NCBI GenBank assembly: GCA_964247055.1
Contig: OZ176053.1
Coordinates: 9,114,001 to 9,178,000 of the forward strand
Source: Paragordius varius
Lineage: Eukaryota; Animalia; Nematomorpha
DNA length: 64,000 nt
Direction of reading: 5' to 3'
Shown here: positions 61,101-64,000 of the stretch, piece by piece
How positions within the stretch are numbered: the first letter of the stretch is position 1
Layout of the letters: every line of letters begins with the position of its first letter
The notes under the pieces: generated by a model
Told to the model about the DNA's origin: nothing
The model's database searches: none
Seen by the model: only the letters and a program-made list of their open reading frames with translations
Translations under genes and position numbers: made by a program

Positions 61101-63594
61101 CGATGTGGGCCCGAACTGGGGGCCTCTTTCAAAAAAAGGGCGAAGCTATTGTCGGGGCATTCATTAATGATTATATTTTTTCGAAGTTTGGATTTGAATG
61201 GGTCTACCGGTTTTCCGGTACCAGATCACAAAGCCAGCATTTTCCATTTTTATAAATATAAAGATTAGTTTAAAATATGAGTACAAAAAGAGGTTGTAAA
61301 TTTAACGATGATTTAATGAAAGAATTTCCTTTTATCAAAAAAACGAAGAATGAATCATTTATTAAGTGCTTTATGTTAGGGGTTCACCCTACCACATGGC
61401 GGTAAGCATAATATTACAAAGCATATGGAAACACTGAAACATAAAAAATGTTTAGAAATGGCGGCATCATATTACAAAATGAGCGATTTTTATCGTAAAA
61501 CCGCTTTTGGAGAGGAAAAAAGAATTTGGCACTAGCCCAAGGCGTTTTATCTTTTCACGCGTTAATCACAATCATTCCTTTAGATCTATGGATTGTACCT
61601 CACATGTTATTCGTGCCCGTACAAGGCTGAAGCCATTGTATGCATTGTCCTTTCGCCACATGCATTTTCTTAATACAAAAAGATTTCCTGAAAATTAATT
61701 TCATATCGCCATACTCTGATGTCTCAAATCAGGAAACAAAAATGTTTCCCACGTTAATAAAATATTTTGTCCAGAAACCGGAGTAAAATTAAAATTTTAT
61801 TTCTATACCCGGTGCGAATTCCGACATAATTTTACTTCAATAATGAATATTCTAGAAAAAATAATTTGAAAGACAAAATCATCGCATATTGCGGTGACAA
61901 CACCAATACGAACTTCGGTGGAAAAGCAAGGAGGGGAACAAAAAATAATTTTCAGTAATTAGCAGATAATCTTAATCCATTATTGACGTTGGGTGTGTAG
62001 CGCATATAACACACAACGCTATTCAAACAGCTGCTGATTTGTTACCCCTAGATGTGGAAAATGTAGTTGTTAAGGTATATTCCTATTTTTATATACACGG
62101 TACGCGTTGAAACGGTTAAGAAATTCTGTGCAACAGAAGTACAATATTAAAAAATGCTTGGATATTGTAAAACTCGTTGGTTTGCTCTTCTGCAAGCTAT
62201 CGAAGGAATTTTAAAAAATGATCCTTTAAAATCCTATTTTTTATCACAGGACAAATGTCCTACAACTTTGGAAAAGTTTTTTGAAAGTGATTCTTTATAA
62301 TATGGTTAGAATTTCTACATAATCAAGCTTCTCTCTTTCAAAATGTTATTAAATTGATAGAAGGTGACAAAACTTCATCAATCGAAGTAGCCAATGAAGT
62401 TAGAACCTATAATTCCAATGTCAAGAAAGGTTATAAAATAATTTTATACCAGTAACCATCCGCAATATTACAATTAATTTAGAAAAACAAGGCTTAATAA
62501 ATCGCCAAGATATCTTGTACCATTAAAAATGTTTTATACAAACTGTAAAGATTATTGGAAGACTAGACGGTGCAATTTAATGAAATTGATCATTTTCATT
62601 TAATAACATTAATACCAGAATTTAATTGGTGCGATGTTCAAAAATCATTTCTGCATCTCCCAAAAATTCCCAAAAAGTAACCTTTCAGATATCTTTTTTC
62701 TAAAATATCATTAGTTATAAAATATAACTTAAATTATGGACAACAGAAAAAAACACAGTTGAAAAGAAATGGTTAGAAATATTTCATCATTTTGAAACAA
62801 ACTATACCATACAATATTTTAAAAATTGTAGTTGCATTATCTTTACGTGGAACCAAAGCTGCTACTGAGCGCGTTTTTTCCACAGTAAATCAGATGTGGA
62901 CATCGGAAAAATCAAATTTAAATGTTGAAACTTTAAAGGCCGTGTTTTCTGTCAAATATAATTTGACAAATTCTTGTGAAGACTTCTACAATATTTTATA
63001 AAATGATGACAATCTGCTAAAACGCATTCACTCAAATATACCAAGGATTTAAATATTTTTTTATATATATAATGTATTTGTGTTAAAAATAAATAAATAC
63101 TACAATAATTTTTTTGTATAAAAATTTTTGGTTGTACACCCCACCCCATAACCCCCCCCCTTTCTCAGATTTGTCCCGCTTTTTCCTTCAAAAAATCTGG
63201 TCACCTTAACTATGAACCAAAATAAAAATTATTGATTAATATTTTTGTTCCGTAAAAAGTTATGTGTAGAATAATATATTTAAATATGAAATAAAAAAAT
63301 ATTTAATTTTTTAAGGAGATGGACTATGCCCACAATAGGGGTGATTAGGGTGCATTGTATAAATAATCAGATTATTTCTATATTTATCATAAAACATTTA
63401 TATTAATGAAGTTTTAATTATATAAAATATAGAACGATACCGCCATAGACGAAAGCAAAACGCAAGATATTGAACTTTTGCAAATTGTCATGAATATTGT
63501 TGATAAAATTGCAGAATTAAAATCTACTATACGCCTCAATGAATGTAGTTGTGCACACGAGTTAAGTCAAAAATACCAACAGAGCAAAGAAAAG
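52132..63594 (+). CDS. Ankyrin-repeat (about 5-6 repeats) plus low-complexity and coiled-coil protein, 3'-incomplete. Exons: 52132-52439, 52594-52708, 53328-53501, 53725-53831, 54219-54343, 54416-54484, 54599-54705, 54731-54800, 55070-56025, 56112-56234, 57027-57152, 58546-58589, 58698-58794, 58820-58867, 58895-59017, 63433-63594
   Basis: LHEACAHGDLDSV; KTPLLITCYFGHLDCL; GSTALHYA; GIAPLHIAI; KTPLMLTCWLGY. Every junction is phase-compatible. Confidence 0.88.
52817..53050. mobile_element. hAT MITE related to 41499-41569
   Basis: CAGAGGAGTAACT...GGGGCTGATGCAC... and ...AGAAATCCAAGCTACGTCTC. Confidence 0.55.
56402..56772. mobile_element. TA-flanked MITE with subterminal 21-bp tandem arrays in inverted orientation
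   Basis: TA|CCATTTACAGTTCAAATTCACCCT ... AGGGTGAATTTGAAGTGTAAATGG|TA. (AATTCAAATTCACCCTCGAAC)n occurs 3-4 times at left and 4-5 times, inverted, at right. Confidence 0.75.
57244..58508. mobile_element. Foldback element, second copy (about 580-bp arms), in an ankyrin-gene intron
   Basis: CACTGTGTGCAAAAAAGAGGG ... TTTTTTGCACACAG; self-complementary arms; homologous to 40051-41209. Confidence 0.8.
59100..59600 (-). mobile_element. RTE LINE remnant
   Basis: Minus strand VLKYGSETWALTKTLNIKLLPSERKRL matches the RTE LLYG.E.W.L motif. Confidence 0.7.
60268..63208 (+). mobile_element. hAT (Blackjack-like) transposon, 2941 bp, with a degenerate transposase (about 61270-63050)
   Basis: TIRs TAAGGTGACCAGA / TCTGGTCACCTTA; perfect 8-bp TSD ACTATGAA; subterminal GTCCCGC repeats; AYCGDNTNTNFGG; dimerisation domain AATERVFSTVNQMWTSEKSNLNVETLKA; many frameshifts. 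Confidence 0.92.
60664..61264 (-). mobile_element. Complete 601-bp non-autonomous Helitron nested in the hAT element
   Basis: On the minus strand A|TCTTTATATTTATAAAAATGG ... GCTGCGTAGCAGC hairpin ... ACGCTAG|T; inserted between A and T with no TSD. Confidence 0.88.
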
Positions 63595-64000
63595 GTAATT
63601 TAAATTTTTCAGATCGGCCCTCCAAATAATTTTTTCAGCCTGCGAAAAATTTTATAAAATACCACGATTTTATGATAAAAAGAATGCTCTAAGTCTAAGC
63701 AAAATCGATAATTTTAATAAATATTTACGCCCTTCCAGTCTTGGAATGAAAGCAAAAAATTAAAAAAATAGGAGTTATATTGTTTTCGTAATTTCTATTA
63801 AAGTGTTATGTTTGATGAAAAATATTTATTAATGCCCATATAATTTGCAAATGCGGCTTATCGGGTTTTCTGAAGCAATACAACCCGCGCAGCCATTTGT
63901 GTGAGACCTCTGGTTTAAATATATGGAGGACATAATTCACTTTTAATTTAAACTTTTTTTTACTTTCTAAGATCAAATAAATTTCACTCTCAACTATTTA

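Overview
Very AT-rich, intron-rich animal genomic DNA with three protein-coding genes. (1) A complete Dicer-1-type gene (+, ATG 6550, stop 36030, about 41 exons rebuilt by hand: DExH helicase, DUF283, platform-PAZ, long acidic/Asn-rich linker, RNase IIIa, RNase IIIb, dsRBD). (2) A TBC1D30-like Rab-GAP gene (-, ATG 51539, ending near 42300). (3) An ankyrin-repeat/coiled-coil gene (+, ATG 52132) that runs off the window and is head-to-head with the TBC gene. The rest is mostly decayed transposons: Ty3/gypsy, Helitron, CMC/Chapaev-like, hAT, mariner, piggyBac-like, RTE LINE and a probable SINE. Three observations stand out. (a) Inside an 8.9-kb Dicer intron, a Chapaev-like element has had its 5' half replaced by an inverted copy of its 3' half. 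This gives near-identical 1.8-kb arms around a 271-bp loop, which would put a Mu-killer-like long hairpin of transposase and LINE sequence in Dicer's own pre-mRNA. (b) Six ultra-short GT-AG introns of 23-27 nt are needed to restore reading frames; they sit alongside 70-100-nt and multi-kb introns. (c) A Dicer linker exon reads on to a stop with an overlapping AATAAA, suggesting an isoform that lacks both RNase III domains. All exon calls and family assignments come from manual translation and motif recall, with no database searches; the species cannot be identified from this window.
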